DNA of 64,000 nucleotides from the NCBI GenBank assembly GCA_013265495.1, contig MU059126.1, positions 9,662,349 to 9,726,348 of the forward strand, given 5' to 3'. Below are positions 25,241 to 37,584 of the stretch, in pieces. This stretch comes from Vicugna vicugna (taxonomy: Eukaryota). The translations under genes and the position numbers were made by a program. Numbering within the stretch: the first letter of the stretch is position 1; each line of letters starts with the position of its first letter. The notes under the pieces were generated by a model, which had not been told where the DNA came from, ran no database searches, and saw only the letters and a list, made by a program, of their open reading frames with translations.

Positions 25241-27297
25241 TAAAAATGGTTCGGGTCTCCATAAGCAAGTCCAACTACTATTGGGCTCTCTTATGTCTCT
25301 TCCTGTCAAAACCTGCTCACTTGGAATCTCCAGTTTCCTTTTATTTAGCTGTTACTTTACAAAGAAATCAGATGTACAGTAACCTCTAATCATGTGGTTG
25401 GAAGCTTCTTCTTGCAGCCAGAGACCTGCATTCTAATCCAAGTTTTGCCACTCACGGGCTTAGTGATTCAGGCCCGATTGGTTTAACCACCCTGTGGTGA
25501 AGTTTCCCTGGCTATCACATACCCAAGTGTGGCCATCAGTTGTCTCCAAGATCCCTTCCAGCCCAAAGGCCTCTGTCTGTATGATACCACTGGGGATATT
25601 CACATTTTAGCACAAACTTCCTGAAATGACAATGAACTGATGCAGTGAATAAACCACCAACAGTGGAAATGTAATAGAAGATACTTGGACCAGAGAGAGC
25701 TGGAATCTCTTTCCAAGCCTCCTAAATGTGATTTCACGTGGGCAGTTTCACCTAATCATGGTATTTTGGATTTGTCATTCAAGTCAGTCAAAAGTGTGGC
25801 TTGGTCAGCCTTTGTCAACAGAATGGCAGAAAACAAACCTGGGTGACCAGATATCTGGCTTTCCATTTCTCCTGCCAATGACTTTTGTCTTCTTTTGGGG
25901 TGATCTGGCCAGTCCCACCATGGCCTCCCATCAGGGCCATCATGGTGGCCTTCACAAAGCTTTAACTTCCAAGGTATCCCTAATTTCCAGGTCTCCACCA
26001 AACCTTTCCTGTCCTATTTCCCATCACTTCCAAGTTCTGTGCTCTGCTGAGTGACACATTACATTCAATAAATGAATGTGACTTTCTATGAAGTGCGGAA
26101 AAGTCATCTTTCAAAACAACATATTCATGCTTCTCATGGATCTTGTGAAGAAGATGCCCAAACACAAGAGAGTGGGTCTCATGAGGGAATCTGAGGACCT
26201 ATGATGGGTGAAGATGGATGGAGTTGGTTTAGAAGGCAGACCTTGTGACCTTCACATTCATCATTTTATATACCCCTTCTTCCCAACAGTATTGGGGGCC
26301 TATAAAAGTATGTATGCCTGTGAAAGAAATGAGAAAAACTAAATTTAAAGGGGAAAATGTATAGATCAAGCCCCTAGGCTAATACATATACACTGTGAGT
26401 ACAAAAATTCACCCTGAACTTCTCGACTGCCAAAGCAGAAGCACTTTCAGCCACCAGTTAAAAGGAAAACAAAACAAAAAAAAAAGCTAGATCCTTTTTA
26501 TAAATGAGCAGAGAAATTCATAGGAGGTACATTGAAAATGGTGTAAGGAACAATGGCAAAGACTGAAACATGGATGGAGGTTTATTCTTCATATCAACTT
26601 TGTTGGGGTCTTTGAGAAAAGACAACCTGGCAGGGGAGAGGGCTCCCTAGTTTTCTCACGTGTAGCCCTGTCTGCACAGCACAAAGGGAAGTGGAGTGTT
26701 ATTAAGCTATCACAGGCCAACAAAGCTGTTAAATTTGGTCTCCTGCCTGATTTGAAGAATGGAGACCAAGTCTTACAATTTCTCCATCCTAAATGCTCTC
26801 AAACCAATAGCCTCCTGCTTTCCATCATCAGCCTCAGCCTCATGACAGACCACCATCACCTCTCCCTGGGCCTCACTTGTCTCTCCGTTGCCAGCCCTCC
26901 AGTCCTTTCTGTGCACAGACATGAACTTTCTTTCTTTCTTTTTTTTTTTAGTTGAAGTACCATCAGTTACAATGTGTCAATTTCTGGAGTACATCACCAT
27001 GTCCCAGTCATGCATATACATACATATATTCGTTTTCATATTTTTTTCATTAAAGGTTATTACAAGATATTGAACATAGTTCCCTGTGCTATTCAGCAGA
27101 AAGTTTTTTTAGTCTGTTTTTATATATAGTAGCTAACATTTGTAAATCTCAAACTCCCAAATTTATCCCTTCCCACTACCTTTCCCCAGTAACAATAAGA
27201 TTGTTTGCTAAGTCTGCGAGTCTGTTTCTGTTTTGTAGATGAGTTCATAGTATCCTTTTTTTTCTTTTTTCTTTTTAGATTCTTTTTTGGTGATATC

Positions 27298-27464
27298 NNN
27301 NNNNNNNNNNNNNNNNNNNNNNNNNNNNNNNNNNNNNNNNNNNNNNNNNNNNNNNNNNNNNNNNNNNNNNNNNNNNNNNNNNNNNNNNNNNNNNNNNNNN
27401 NNNNNNNNNNNNNNNNNNNNNNNNNNNNNNNNNNNNNNNNNNNNNNNNNNNNNNNNNNNNNNNN
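27298..27464. other. Assembly gap (167 N)
   Basis: Run of N inside L1. Confidence 1.
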
Positions 27465-27550
27465 TTAGCTTGTTTCCATGTCTTGGCTATTGTAAATAGT
27501 GCTGCTGTGAACATTGGGTTGCACGTGTCCTTTCGAATTAGAGTTCCCTC

Positions 27551-27721
27551 NNNNNNNNNNNNNNNNNNNNNNNNNNNNNNNNNNNNNNNNNNNNNNNNNN
27601 NNNNNNNNNNNNNNNNNNNNNNNNNNNNNNNNNNNNNNNNNNNNNNNNNNNNNNNNNNNNNNNNNNNNNNNNNNNNNNNNNNNNNNNNNNNNNNNNNNNN
27701 NNNNNNNNNNNNNNNNNNNNN
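27551..27721. other. Assembly gap (171 N)
   Basis: Run of N inside L1. Confidence 1.
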
Positions 27722-29029
27722 TGAATGATGGCCATTCTCACTGGTGTGAGGTAATACCTCATTGTAGTTTTGATTTGCATTTCTCTGATAATCAGTGATA
27801 CTGAGCATTTTTTCATGTGCCTCTCGGCCATTTGCATGTCTTTATTGGAGAATTGCTTATTTAGGTCTTCTGCCCATTTTTGGATTGGGTTGTATAGTTT
27901 TTTTGTTAAGTTGTATGAGTTGTTTATATATTCTGGAAATTAAGTCTTTGTCAGTTGCATCGTTTGCAAATATTTTCTCTCATACCATAGCTTGTCATTT
28001 TGTTTTGCTTATGGTTTTTTTGTGTTTTGTTTTTTGGGTTTTGGGGGGGTTTTTTTGCTGTGCAAAAGCTGGTAAGTTTAATTGGGTCCCCTTTTTTATT
28101 TTTGCTCTTATTTCTATTGTCTGGGTAGACTGCCCTAGAAGAACATTGCTAAGATTTATGTGAATGTTTTGCCTATGTTTTCTTGTAGGAGATTTATCAT
28201 GTCTTGTCTTATATTTAAGTCTTTAAGCCATTTTGAGTTTATTTTTGTGTATGGAGTGAGGGGCTGTTCTAACTTCTACATGCTGCTATCCAGTTTTCCG
28301 AACACCACTTGCTGAAGAGACTGTCTTTACTCCATTGTATATTTTTGCCTCCCTTGTTGAAGATTAATTGACCATAGGTCTGTGGGTTTATTTCTGGGCT
28401 CTCTATTCTGTTCCATTGATCTATATGTCTTTTTTTATGCCAGTGCCACACTGTTCTGATTACTGTAGCTCTGTAGGATTGTGTGAAGTCTGGGAGGGTT
28501 AGTCCTCCAGCTTCATTCTTCTTCTTCAATATTGCTTTAGCAATTCTGGGTCTTTTATGATTCCACATAAGAGATGTGAACATTCTAAGAAGTGAACCTG
28601 ATGGGGCTATTGAGGGCTTTCTCACTGCCTCCAGGACACAGAGGTCTTGGCCTGGCACCACCCCCTCCCTGCCTCCAGCCCTTCATGATGTGGCCCCGTC
28701 CACCCTGCTGGACTCAGCTTCCATCCCTCTCCTATCCCATGCCTCCATGTCTCTCTCATCTGAAGCATCTCCGGCTCTTCCAGATGCCCCACAACCTGTG
28801 CCTGCCTATTCCTCCTCACCTTTCCAGTCTCAGCTTAGACATCCCATTTTGACCACATTCTTCCCTGGCCTCTCCAGCCAGCCCTGTCTCTATCTCCCAT
28901 CTCATCACTTCTCAAACCATGTTAGAACCACCTATCTGCTCACCTACCTGCTCCACTAGGCTCTAAGCTCCGTTTCTTAAGAGCTCAGCCTCCTGAGCCA
29001 TCCCTGCCGCTTCCCTTTCCAGCCACTTG

Positions 29030-29190
29030 ATCCTAGACAACTCGCTTCCATCCCCCTGGGCCTCAGTTTCCCCATCTCTAAAATAGGATTTACAATAGTG
29101 CCTGCTTCTTAGAGATATTATGAGGACTACATGAGAAAATTCATCCAAGACACTTCTAGTGGGTCAAGCACCTAGTAAGTATGGAGAAGA
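29030..29190 (+). mobile_element. MIR
   Basis: ggcctcagtttccccatctctaaaataggatttacaatagtgcc. Confidence 0.8.
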
Positions 29191-30169
29191 GGTGTTGTTA
29201 TCATGAATCGTATGTGTTGTATTAGGATGGACATTTTATCTGTCTCATTCCCTGGCTTATCCCCGTACCAGTCCAAAATCTGGCACAGGATAGATGTTCA
29301 ACAAACACTTGTTGGATAAAAGGAAAAAAGAAAGAGGGAATGAATGAATGCTGAACTGTCTGGTTTTAGTACGTACACAGTTCAGCCTTCACTTTATTGG
29401 GCTCCACATAGACCAAAAGAACCAATTGTGCCAGCACCTTCCACACTGTGTTTGGTGTTTTTTCCATTGCCACTGGTAGGAGAAGGATTCCATTTTACAA
29501 AGAAGGGAGGAGGAGGGAGCCTGGTTCCAAAGGCCTGTTTGTTCTCATTATTAATTTGCCTCTCCTCGTCCGAGCAGAGTTTGAATGATTTTGAATGTGC
29601 GCTCATCTGGAACGGCACCCTCATTCTCTTGTTTCATGCCTGGCTGCAATTAAAGTCAAGAGCAAAATTTAAAAATACAACTTTATTATAGGCTGAAAGA
29701 ATTGTTGATTCAGGGACTGGCCTGTAATCTCACAACATGGCAAAAAGAGAGAGAGAGAGTGAAAGACAGAAAAGAGAAAAAGAATACCAAGCTGCCAGCT
29801 CGGGGGTTTGGTCTCGCCAACAGAGACTCGAAACTCCAGAATCAATAACTCAGTTAACTCTACCGGTTTCTAACCCAATTACAAGAATTGGAAAACTGCC
29901 CAAATGCTCAAAAAGGAATGAAGGTTCTCCTCGCACATCCCCACCCCCTTTTCTGAAGAAGTACTCAGGCGATTAAAGGCAAAATAACTGAACGGGGTGG
30001 GGCGCAGCCGTTTCCAATGTCAGATCAGAGAGCTGTGGAATTTCAGAGCTGGATGAGGCTTCAAGGTCAACTGGAGGCCATTTCACAGATGAGATAACTG
30101 AGACCCAGAGAGGTAAGGAGTTTACCTTCTTCAAGATAATTTTCAAGGATCTCCAGCCTGATGAGTTCA

Positions 30170-30480
30170 ACCATGCAAGAAATATTTGCTGAGAGTCTGT
30201 TTGGGGCCGGCACTGTGCTGAGCATGGGAAGGGCATGAATAAGGCAAACCGGTGCCTTCTCTGCCCTCATAGAGCTTACATTCTACCAGGGAGGCCGTCA
30301 GTCAAGTAAACCAATACATGGGTTTGTGACAAACGGCCAGAGCTAATCAGAGCACAGTGGTAGAGAGCTACTTATTTGGGGTGTCAGGAGAGGCTACTCT
30401 GGGGAGGAGACATTGTCAGCTGAGACCAGGGAAAGAGGGCTAGCTCAGGGACCCTGGGATTGGGGAGGAGCTTGGCAAAT
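30170..30480 (-). mobile_element. L2 fragment
   Basis: ggcactgtgctgagcatggg...gccctcatagagcttacattctacc. Confidence 0.7.
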
Positions 30481-30489
30481 TCAAGAACA

Positions 30490-30915
30490 CAGTGAAANNN
30501 NNNNNNNNNNNNNNNNNNNNNNNNNNNNNNNNNNNNNNNNNNNNNNNNNNNNNNNNNNNNNNNNNNNNNNNNNNNNNNNNNNNNNNNNNNNNNNNNNNNN
30601 NNNNNNNNNNNNNNNNNNNNNNNNNGATCTAAAAAATAAAAGACTAGTGACTATAACAAGAAAAAAGCAGACACAAATAGAGAACAAACTAGTGGTTACC
30701 AGTGAGGAGAGTGGAAGGGGGTAAGCTAGGAGATTAAGAGGTACAAGCTACTATGTATAAAATAAATAAGCTACAAGGATCTATTGTACAGCACAGGGAA
30801 TGTAGCCAATGTTTTCTAATAACTATAAATGGAGTATAACCTTTAAAAATTGTGAATCACTGTTGTACACCTGAAACTTATATTGTACATTGACTGAACC
30901 TCAATAAAAAAAAAT
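30490..30915 (+). mobile_element. L1 3' end (L1MA-like older type) with gap
   Basis: gagaacaaactagtggttaccag...aaaataaataagctacaagg...ttgtacacctgaaac...caataaaaaaa. Confidence 0.9.
30498..30625. other. Assembly gap (128 N)
   Basis: Run of N. Confidence 1.
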
Positions 30916-32118
30916 TTTAATAGAAAGCAAAAGGACAAGAGTGTCGCTGGCACATCAAGGGTGATGGGACATCCACATCCTTAAAATGGAACAGAACAGT
31001 GTTCACCGTCATGCTCCTCCCAGCAGGGATGCCAGTGGCCTTGGGTGGAATAAGGAGGGGCTGGAACCAGCCTCCAACCCACTCTCCCCTGAGAGCTGGG
31101 GAACCTGGATCCACCCACACACGCCTGTTCCTGTCACTTGTGAAAGCAGTTTTCGTTCACGAAGGAGGAAAGAGTTTGACCAGACATAACAGCCAGACTT
31201 GTGGTCAGTTTCCAACTCAGGAGAAGACCATGCCAAGGAGAACACGGCTCCAGTGAGGAAGTTCCAGCACAGCTAAGTGGTCAGGAGCATGGACTCTGGA
31301 GTAGATCCTCTTGGGGAGAGATGGGTTCAGCCATCAGGGAGCTGATGTGTAACTTCTCTGAGGTCCAGTTTTCCCCTCTGTGAAATGTGTACCTCAGAGG
31401 GGAGCTGGAAGGGACAGATGCAGTCACACTTATCAAGTTCTAAGCACCTCCCAGGCGGTCACGGCGAGCTGTGCACCAGCATTGGCTTTCCTGGGCGTGC
31501 ACACCAACTGGCTCCCTGGCTCCCTCTCCCCAGCTCAGGCCCTGGTTCCACAGCCCCAGTCCATTATCCTACCTGCACTAGTGACCCGTCCGAGACCCAC
31601 TTGAAGGAGAAGCCAACACTTTGAGGCCCAAGGACCATTTGGTGCAAGACCCTGTAGGCTGCCTGTCCACCCCCTACCAGCACCCTCTGAACCCAACAGC
31701 AGAAGACGACCTCAGCAGAACTAGTAAGATGAATAGCACCGTTTTTTGTTTAAACACTGATGAGGTGATGTCTGGTTTTTATTAAATATCACAAGTAAAT
31801 TATAATTCATACCAGAAACAAATGTCTAAACATGACGTAAACACTGATACTCACACAGGCTGTGCCTCACACCGAGGGCCCTAATGGGCCACACTCTGGA
31901 ACCCATGAGTTTAACTGGCTCGGGACCTTCACGGCACTGAAATCCCAGCAAGGAGACGTTTGGAAGGCAGAATAATAAGGTGCTTCTCTGTTCTAACCCA
32001 CACAGCCAGCCCCTCCTGCAGAGAAGTCCTGATCCCGTTACTCAACACTGAATACCAATGATGATCATAATTACAACAATAGTAATACTTAATAATAATA
32101 CTTCTTATGTGCTAAGTC

Positions 32119-32563
32119 CACACTGTCCACTGGAGTGGCCACTAGCCACACGGGGCAGTTCAACACCTGAAAGGTGGCCAATCAAAATTGAGATGTGCTC
32201 TAACTATAAACATATACACTACATCTCAAAATATAGTATGGAAAGTCAGAGGGTATAGCTCAGTGGTAGAGGGTGTGCTTAACATACACAAGATCCTGGG
32301 TTCAAGCCCCAGTACCTCCATTAAAAAAAAAAATTAGCCTGATTACCTCCCCACTCAAAAATAAAATCAAAATATAGTATAAAAAATGTAAACTACCTTA
32401 TTAATAATTTTTACATGGATTGCATTTTGAAATGATATTTTAGGTATATTGAGTTGGATAAAATATATTAGTAAAATTAATTTCATCTGTTTTTACCTTT
32501 TTAATGTGGCTGCCAGAAAATTTTCAAGTATTTATGTGGTTCTCATGAAATCTCTAGTGAACA
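32119..32563 (-). mobile_element. MER33 (hAT-Charlie) split by a Vic-1 SINE
   Basis: ccactagccac...attgagatgtgc...aaattaatttcatctg...aatgtggctgccagaaaa. Confidence 0.85.
32240..32366 (+). mobile_element. Vic-1-type SINE with perfect 14-bp TSD
   Basis: gagggtatagctcagtggtagag...ctgggttcaagccccagtacctcc; TSD tcaaaatatagtat at 32226-32239 and 32367-32380. Confidence 0.95.
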
Positions 32564-34229
32564 GTAACTAAGTATAAAGTAATACATGCATTACTTCCTT
32601 TTAGCATCACAGTAACCTCTTCAATAAGGACAGTTGTTGCCCCACTTTACTGATGATAATACTGAGAGTTCATAGTTTGGACTCTAATCCCTCAGGGCCT
32701 GGGGATTGTTGGAGTATTTTGTGGATATGTTCATCCCTGATTTTTCTTCTCTGATTTCATTTTATTCTCAAGGTTTAGAATTATGTCTTCCTTCTCTCCC
32801 TTGACGTCTTTGAGGATGACTACACCTCTTCCAGTTTCCTTCTCTCCCTCCCTTCCTGTCTCTCTCTCTCTGATTACTCTCTTTCATCCAAATGCATGAC
32901 CATAACACTTTTTGCCAGCTCCCCAAAAATCACATGTTTAAATGCTATCTATCCTCTGTTAGATTCTTGCTGTTTCACATCAGTTGGCCTTTTCTTTGTA
33001 AATCAGCATTTTCAGGCTCCTCGAATGGCTCCAAACTCAGAGTTCAAATCTGGTCAAACCTATACTTTGTTTAAATTAATCTTGCCATGATAGCAAGATG
33101 TTCTATATCATTCTTTTGTGACATGTCCCCATGTGCACAACTGACCGAGAACCCCAACATCTTACTGAGTCTCGGAGTTACTCCTCTTTCACAGGCAGAG
33201 AAACTATGCTGATCACTTACTGCCATTGCTTCTCATGAACACACGGGGGCGCTGTTGAAGACTGCTCCTGCACCATGACTTATGGGTGGCATGTTAATTA
33301 CTGGGTTGTCCTGACCTGTCCAAGCACCTGCTGAAAGGGCATGGAAGTCTCTTTTGGGGCTTTATTAGTGCTTTCTTTGTTCCATTTACATTTCCACAAG
33401 CAGCCATCTTTCACCAAAGTCCACCCACTGTGCCGAGATGACTGGGTCCTGGGGAGTTCACTTCATCAGCCATACCCTGTGCCAAGCAGCCCACCTGTGT
33501 GGATTCTGAGCCCTTTGGGTTGGATGTGATCATTAGTATGAGTCTCCTGAAGGTGACTAGTTTAGGGACTCCGTGGCCCAGTCCTGCCATTGCTAGGGGC
33601 CATTCTGAAAGGCCCAGCTCTCCCTAAAAGAGATTGGGAGCCGACTACAGAAAACTGGTCAGTTGTCCCCAGGCACTAGCTCTCCATAACAAAGGACAAG
33701 GCAGCTTTTGGTAAACTGCTGAGAATAAAAAGGTGTTCTTCATTCTCTTCTCCAAGACAATGAAGTGTATTTATGCTTTCATTTACACCCCTAAGAGGGC
33801 CTTTCCCTGACAGGGTTGATCTGTTTCAGAAACTTAGAGTCTGAGCCACTCCCCCTTTTAATTTTTCTTTATCAAACACTAAAGCCCACCTTGAGTGTTC
33901 AGGCCCATAATGGTCAGTGTGGTCCAGCCGGTGGTAACTACAGCGTAGCAGGTGACAACCTGCTCTCTTTTACTACATTCAGATAGATGGTGAAAGAGTA
34001 TTTTGCATGTTTTAGAAAAAGAATTAATACATAAACTTGTATTTCACTTACATACCTGCTATCTACCAGATGTATGTAGTGTCTACTGGGTCAAGAGTTT
34101 CGGTGCATTTCTTAAGCATGGGTCACAGCCGAAGCTTTGAGTCCACTGCTCTCTGCGGAAGGTCTGCTTGTTACTAAGACACTCTTCCCTCTTTTTTTGT
34201 GTTCTCCTCCACATTCTTTAGGCTGCACT

Positions 34230-34690
34230 CTTGGAAGGCTATTTTGGTCTTCTCTTTCCCTTTAAGAACCTGGCCTCCAAGCTTCTAGAAGATCCTGTGC
34301 CTGCATCTAAGTACCCTTGACTCATTCCTTCCGCAGTGATCTAAGTTCTCTGACTCCCCCTCCTCTTTCACTCACTCATCCACTTTAGACCTTGAGCTTC
34401 TTGAGTATCTTCATCTTCATTGTCTTAACCTCCGTTGTATCCTCAAATTCGCACCCAGCACTTGGCACAGGAAACACTTGCTGACTGTCCCAACCTGCCT
34501 TCTTGAGTTGTTGCCCTTGGCACTTTTCAGATACCACCTTATGTTGTTGCTGATAGAAATTTTCTCCAGTCTTACATTCGGTAGCTTGGTACCCGTTTTT
34601 ATCACTCATCTGTTCCCGTAGTAGAAAGTAAGCCCCTTGAGGGCAGAGAACGTCTCTTGCTCTTTGTATTTTGTGTCCTGGGGGGAAACT
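34230..34690 (+). mobile_element. L2 fragments
   Basis: Pyrimidine-rich body; cccagcacttggcacagg; aagccccttgagggcagagaac. Confidence 0.6.
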
Positions 34691-34999
34691 GAATGCAGAG
34701 GCAGGTGCGTTGTTAATCCCAGTTGACTGATGGGAGGTTATGCTGAGCAGAGGACTAGAGATTAGGTGTGTCTGACTTTCTTTAATTATGTCTTGTCCTA
34801 GAAAGTAAGGGTGCTCCACAGGGTACATTAAGGAAAGCAAGATGACAGAAATTTGAAGCCAATAAGAACTTCTAAGAATTTTTGTCAGAGTTTTCCCTAG
34901 GCAATGTGAATTATGCAGCTGATCTGATTTCCCTGTTGTGTGAATTGCTGGAAAGCTCAAAGGCAAATCGCTGGAAAACTCAGAGCTACAAGAACGGTC

Positions 35000-35330
35000 A
35001 CTATGTCCATAAAGATTCGGCTAAAAGAGTGTTTATCGACATGTTTCTTTTTATAAAAGGAGAAATTTAGAAACAGCCTAAAATTCAACAATCCTATATT
35101 GGTTGAATACATTACAGGACATCTGCAAGACCAAAGATGTGCATAAGGTCATGGGCGGTGTTATACAACACTATATGCCATGATTTCATTCTGTAAAATA
35201 TGTGTACCATGGGGACAGGAGAGGGAATATGTTAGAACACAAATGTGTTTCTCTCCAGGTATGACTATGAATGATTTTTACTAATTTCAAGTTTGTATTT
35301 CTGTTTTCTACATTTTCTTTAAAAAAAAAG
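35000..35330 (+). mobile_element. Old L1ME 3' fragment
   Basis: ttagaaacagcctaaaattcaacaat...ggttgaatacattac...tatgccatgatttcattctgtaaaa. Confidence 0.55.
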
Positions 35331-36379
35331 AGCTTATATTACTTTTGTAAAAAAACAGGGTGGGAAAGTTATCTTTTTTTAAAAAAAAAAAATAGGTAAA
35401 CCGAAGGAAAGAAAAATAGAAGTAGGGAGATAAGAATGAGGCTTATTCCAAAAATGAATACCATGAAGACTTAAAGCAGGCAAGTCACAAATTTGCCTCC
35501 AAGCTTTTCAGCAATTCACACACAAAGGGAAAAATGATCAGCTACATAACTCACATGGCCTGAGAAAAACTGATCTTCATGGTACGGAGGACCCTGTCAG
35601 TTTCTCCCTCAGAGCCCTACAAGGACGTTCTGTAAAGTAATGAACAACGTCCTATCACCCAGGTGAGATCCCCAGAGCAATCTCTAAATCAGGCTTCCAT
35701 GTTTCCTGCCTTTATTCTAAGGCTGGCCTTCAGCAGTCATTTAATTCCTCACTGGGTACCTCCACTAACTGGTGCTGAATTAATTACTTCACATCTAAAT
35801 AATTGGTGATTATTAATAGCTGCAAGGAGCAATTAGAATTATTAACCTATCTTGGCCTCTGGCTGGTATGTCTGAATTGGTTCCCTCCCCAGAATTGCCA
35901 GGAGCACCATTTCCAGGGAGAGGTCCCCTTGGCTTTGTGTCCAGCAGGGCCAAAAGGCACCGCAGTGACTGACCTACACTCCCACCTTGACCTCAGCCAG
36001 GTGTGCAAAGACAGGAAGGCAGAAAGGCTTGATGGTTAAAAAGTTATCGCCTATCTAAAGCCCAGAGTACTCAGTACAACCAAACTAGTGATTTTTTTTT
36101 TCCCTTTACAGCCAGGGGCTCTCAGAAGGGACACAGAGAAAAGAAAGGAAAGGCTTCACAGGGGGATTTGGACACCAAGACACTTCCTCAGTCTGGGACC
36201 CCAAGGCCTCCTCCATTGGAGGCATCTGGGCTCAGGGCCTTGGGCTGACGTCCTACGACACCCAGCCCTATATGTGCTTGGCTCTGCACCAGGTGCAGGG
36301 GTGCAAAAGTGAGTGTGGGCAGGTGAGGGAGCTTCCCCCAACTGGGGAGACAGTGGCCAAGCACACCATGTCAGATCAT

Positions 36380-36760
36380 AGGTTAAAGGAGGCACAAGCA
36401 ACTAAGGAACATCAAGAGATCCTTATCCAACCATAAGCATCAGGGAAGGCCTCCTGGAGGAGACCATACCTGAACTGCGACTGGAAGGATCAATATGGCT
36501 TCACAGAACTGAGGAAAGAGTAAAGGTCATTGCAAGGAATCATGTTGTTTTCTGGAAACTCAAAACATCTCCTTATTGCCAGAGCATACATACAGCTCAG
36601 AATGGGATGGAGACAAGGCACGAGAAATGGGTTGGGGTTAGCGGTGGAGGGCCAGGGATGTAGCACTAAAGAAATAGGCTTTGATCCTTTAGGCCTGAAA
36701 ATCTATTGGAGGCAACAGGAAATGGTGGGGACTGTGGCAAATAGGAGTGCACTTAAGTCC
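36380..36760 (-). mobile_element. L2 fragment
   Basis: catcagggaaggcctcctggaggag...aaataggctttgatcctttaggc. Confidence 0.65.
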
Positions 36761-37137
36761 CCTAAGAGGCCACTCAGTACTCCAGCCAGTTGTTACTGTG
36801 GGAGAATACAGGACTAACATTGCCAGATCTTCCCATGGTTCAAGAGAAGCCAAGAACCGGACCCCTGTGTACAATTCTTTCTGTTTGTCAGTGTTGCTGA
36901 CTAATTCAGATTTAAAACACAGTGAAGACCCATAAAGGGGACGGCCCTAATCCTGTGTCAGTGAGCCTGATTTAACCTGAGGGCCAGATTTGACCTGTCA
37001 ACCCAACACGTTGCCACCACCGCCTTAGAAAGTAGGGAGGTGTTGACAGCTCTGAGACAGTGGACAAACATCGACTTGCCCTTTTTTCCCCACCCTGTGT
37101 ACAATGGTAGGAAATGTGGACTAGAAAGGGTCAAGAC

Positions 37138-37584
37138 TGGATAGACCTAAAGATTATCATATTAAATGAAGTAAGTAGGACAGAGAAAGACAAATATCAT
37201 GATATCATGATATCACTTATATGTGGAATCTTAAAAAAAAAAAGGCGAATTCTATTTACAAACCAAAAACAGGTTCACGGACATAAACTCTGGTTACCAA
37301 AGGGGAAAGGGCGAGCAGAGGGATAAATTAGGGGTTGGAGATTAACAGACACGTGTTACTATATATAAAATAGATAAACAACAAGAACCTGTTGTTTAGC
37401 ACGGGGACCTGCTGTGTAGCACAGTATACCTACTATATATTCAATTTCTTGTAATAACATAACGGGAAAGAATCTGAAAAGAAAAAATATAAATGTATGT
37501 ATACGTATAACTGAATCACTTTGCTGGACACCTGAAACTAATGTTATAAATCAACTACACTTCAATGAAAAATCTTTTCAAAAA
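37138..37584 (+). mobile_element. L1 3' end, 5'-truncated, with TSD
   Basis: tggatagacctaaagattatcatattaaatgaagtaag...aaaatagataaacaacaag...caactacacttcaatg; TSD agaaaggNNcaagac at 37123-37137 and 37585-37599. Confidence 0.92.

Larger units (their letters stand above)
27275..28568 (-). pseudogene. L1 ORF2 C-terminal remnant (disrupted, gapped)
   Basis: ORF-track peptides [27 protein letters not shown]...[33 protein letters not shown] and LIRKDTCNPMFTAALFTIAKTWKQ are characteristic L1 ORF2p. Confidence 0.95.
26932..28570 (-). mobile_element. 5'-truncated camelid L1 (about 1.64 kb) with TSD
   Basis: Poly-T, L1 3'UTR and ORF2 peptides; TSD agacatgaactttct (26917-26931) and agatgtgaacattct (28572-28586), the latter followed by aa. 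Confidence 0.95.
26770..28960 (+). mobile_element. L2 split by the L1 insertion (pieces ~26770-26920 and ~28590-28960)
   Basis: Pyrimidine-rich L2-like sequence on both sides (accaccatcacctctccctgg...; gacatcccattttgaccacattcttcc). Confidence 0.6.

Noticed and set aside
30990-31005. GRE/ARE-like agaacagtgttc
   Set aside because: The spacer is 1 nt rather than the required 3.
34385-34966. 193-aa minus-strand ORF
   Set aside because: Lies antisense over decayed L2 sequence.
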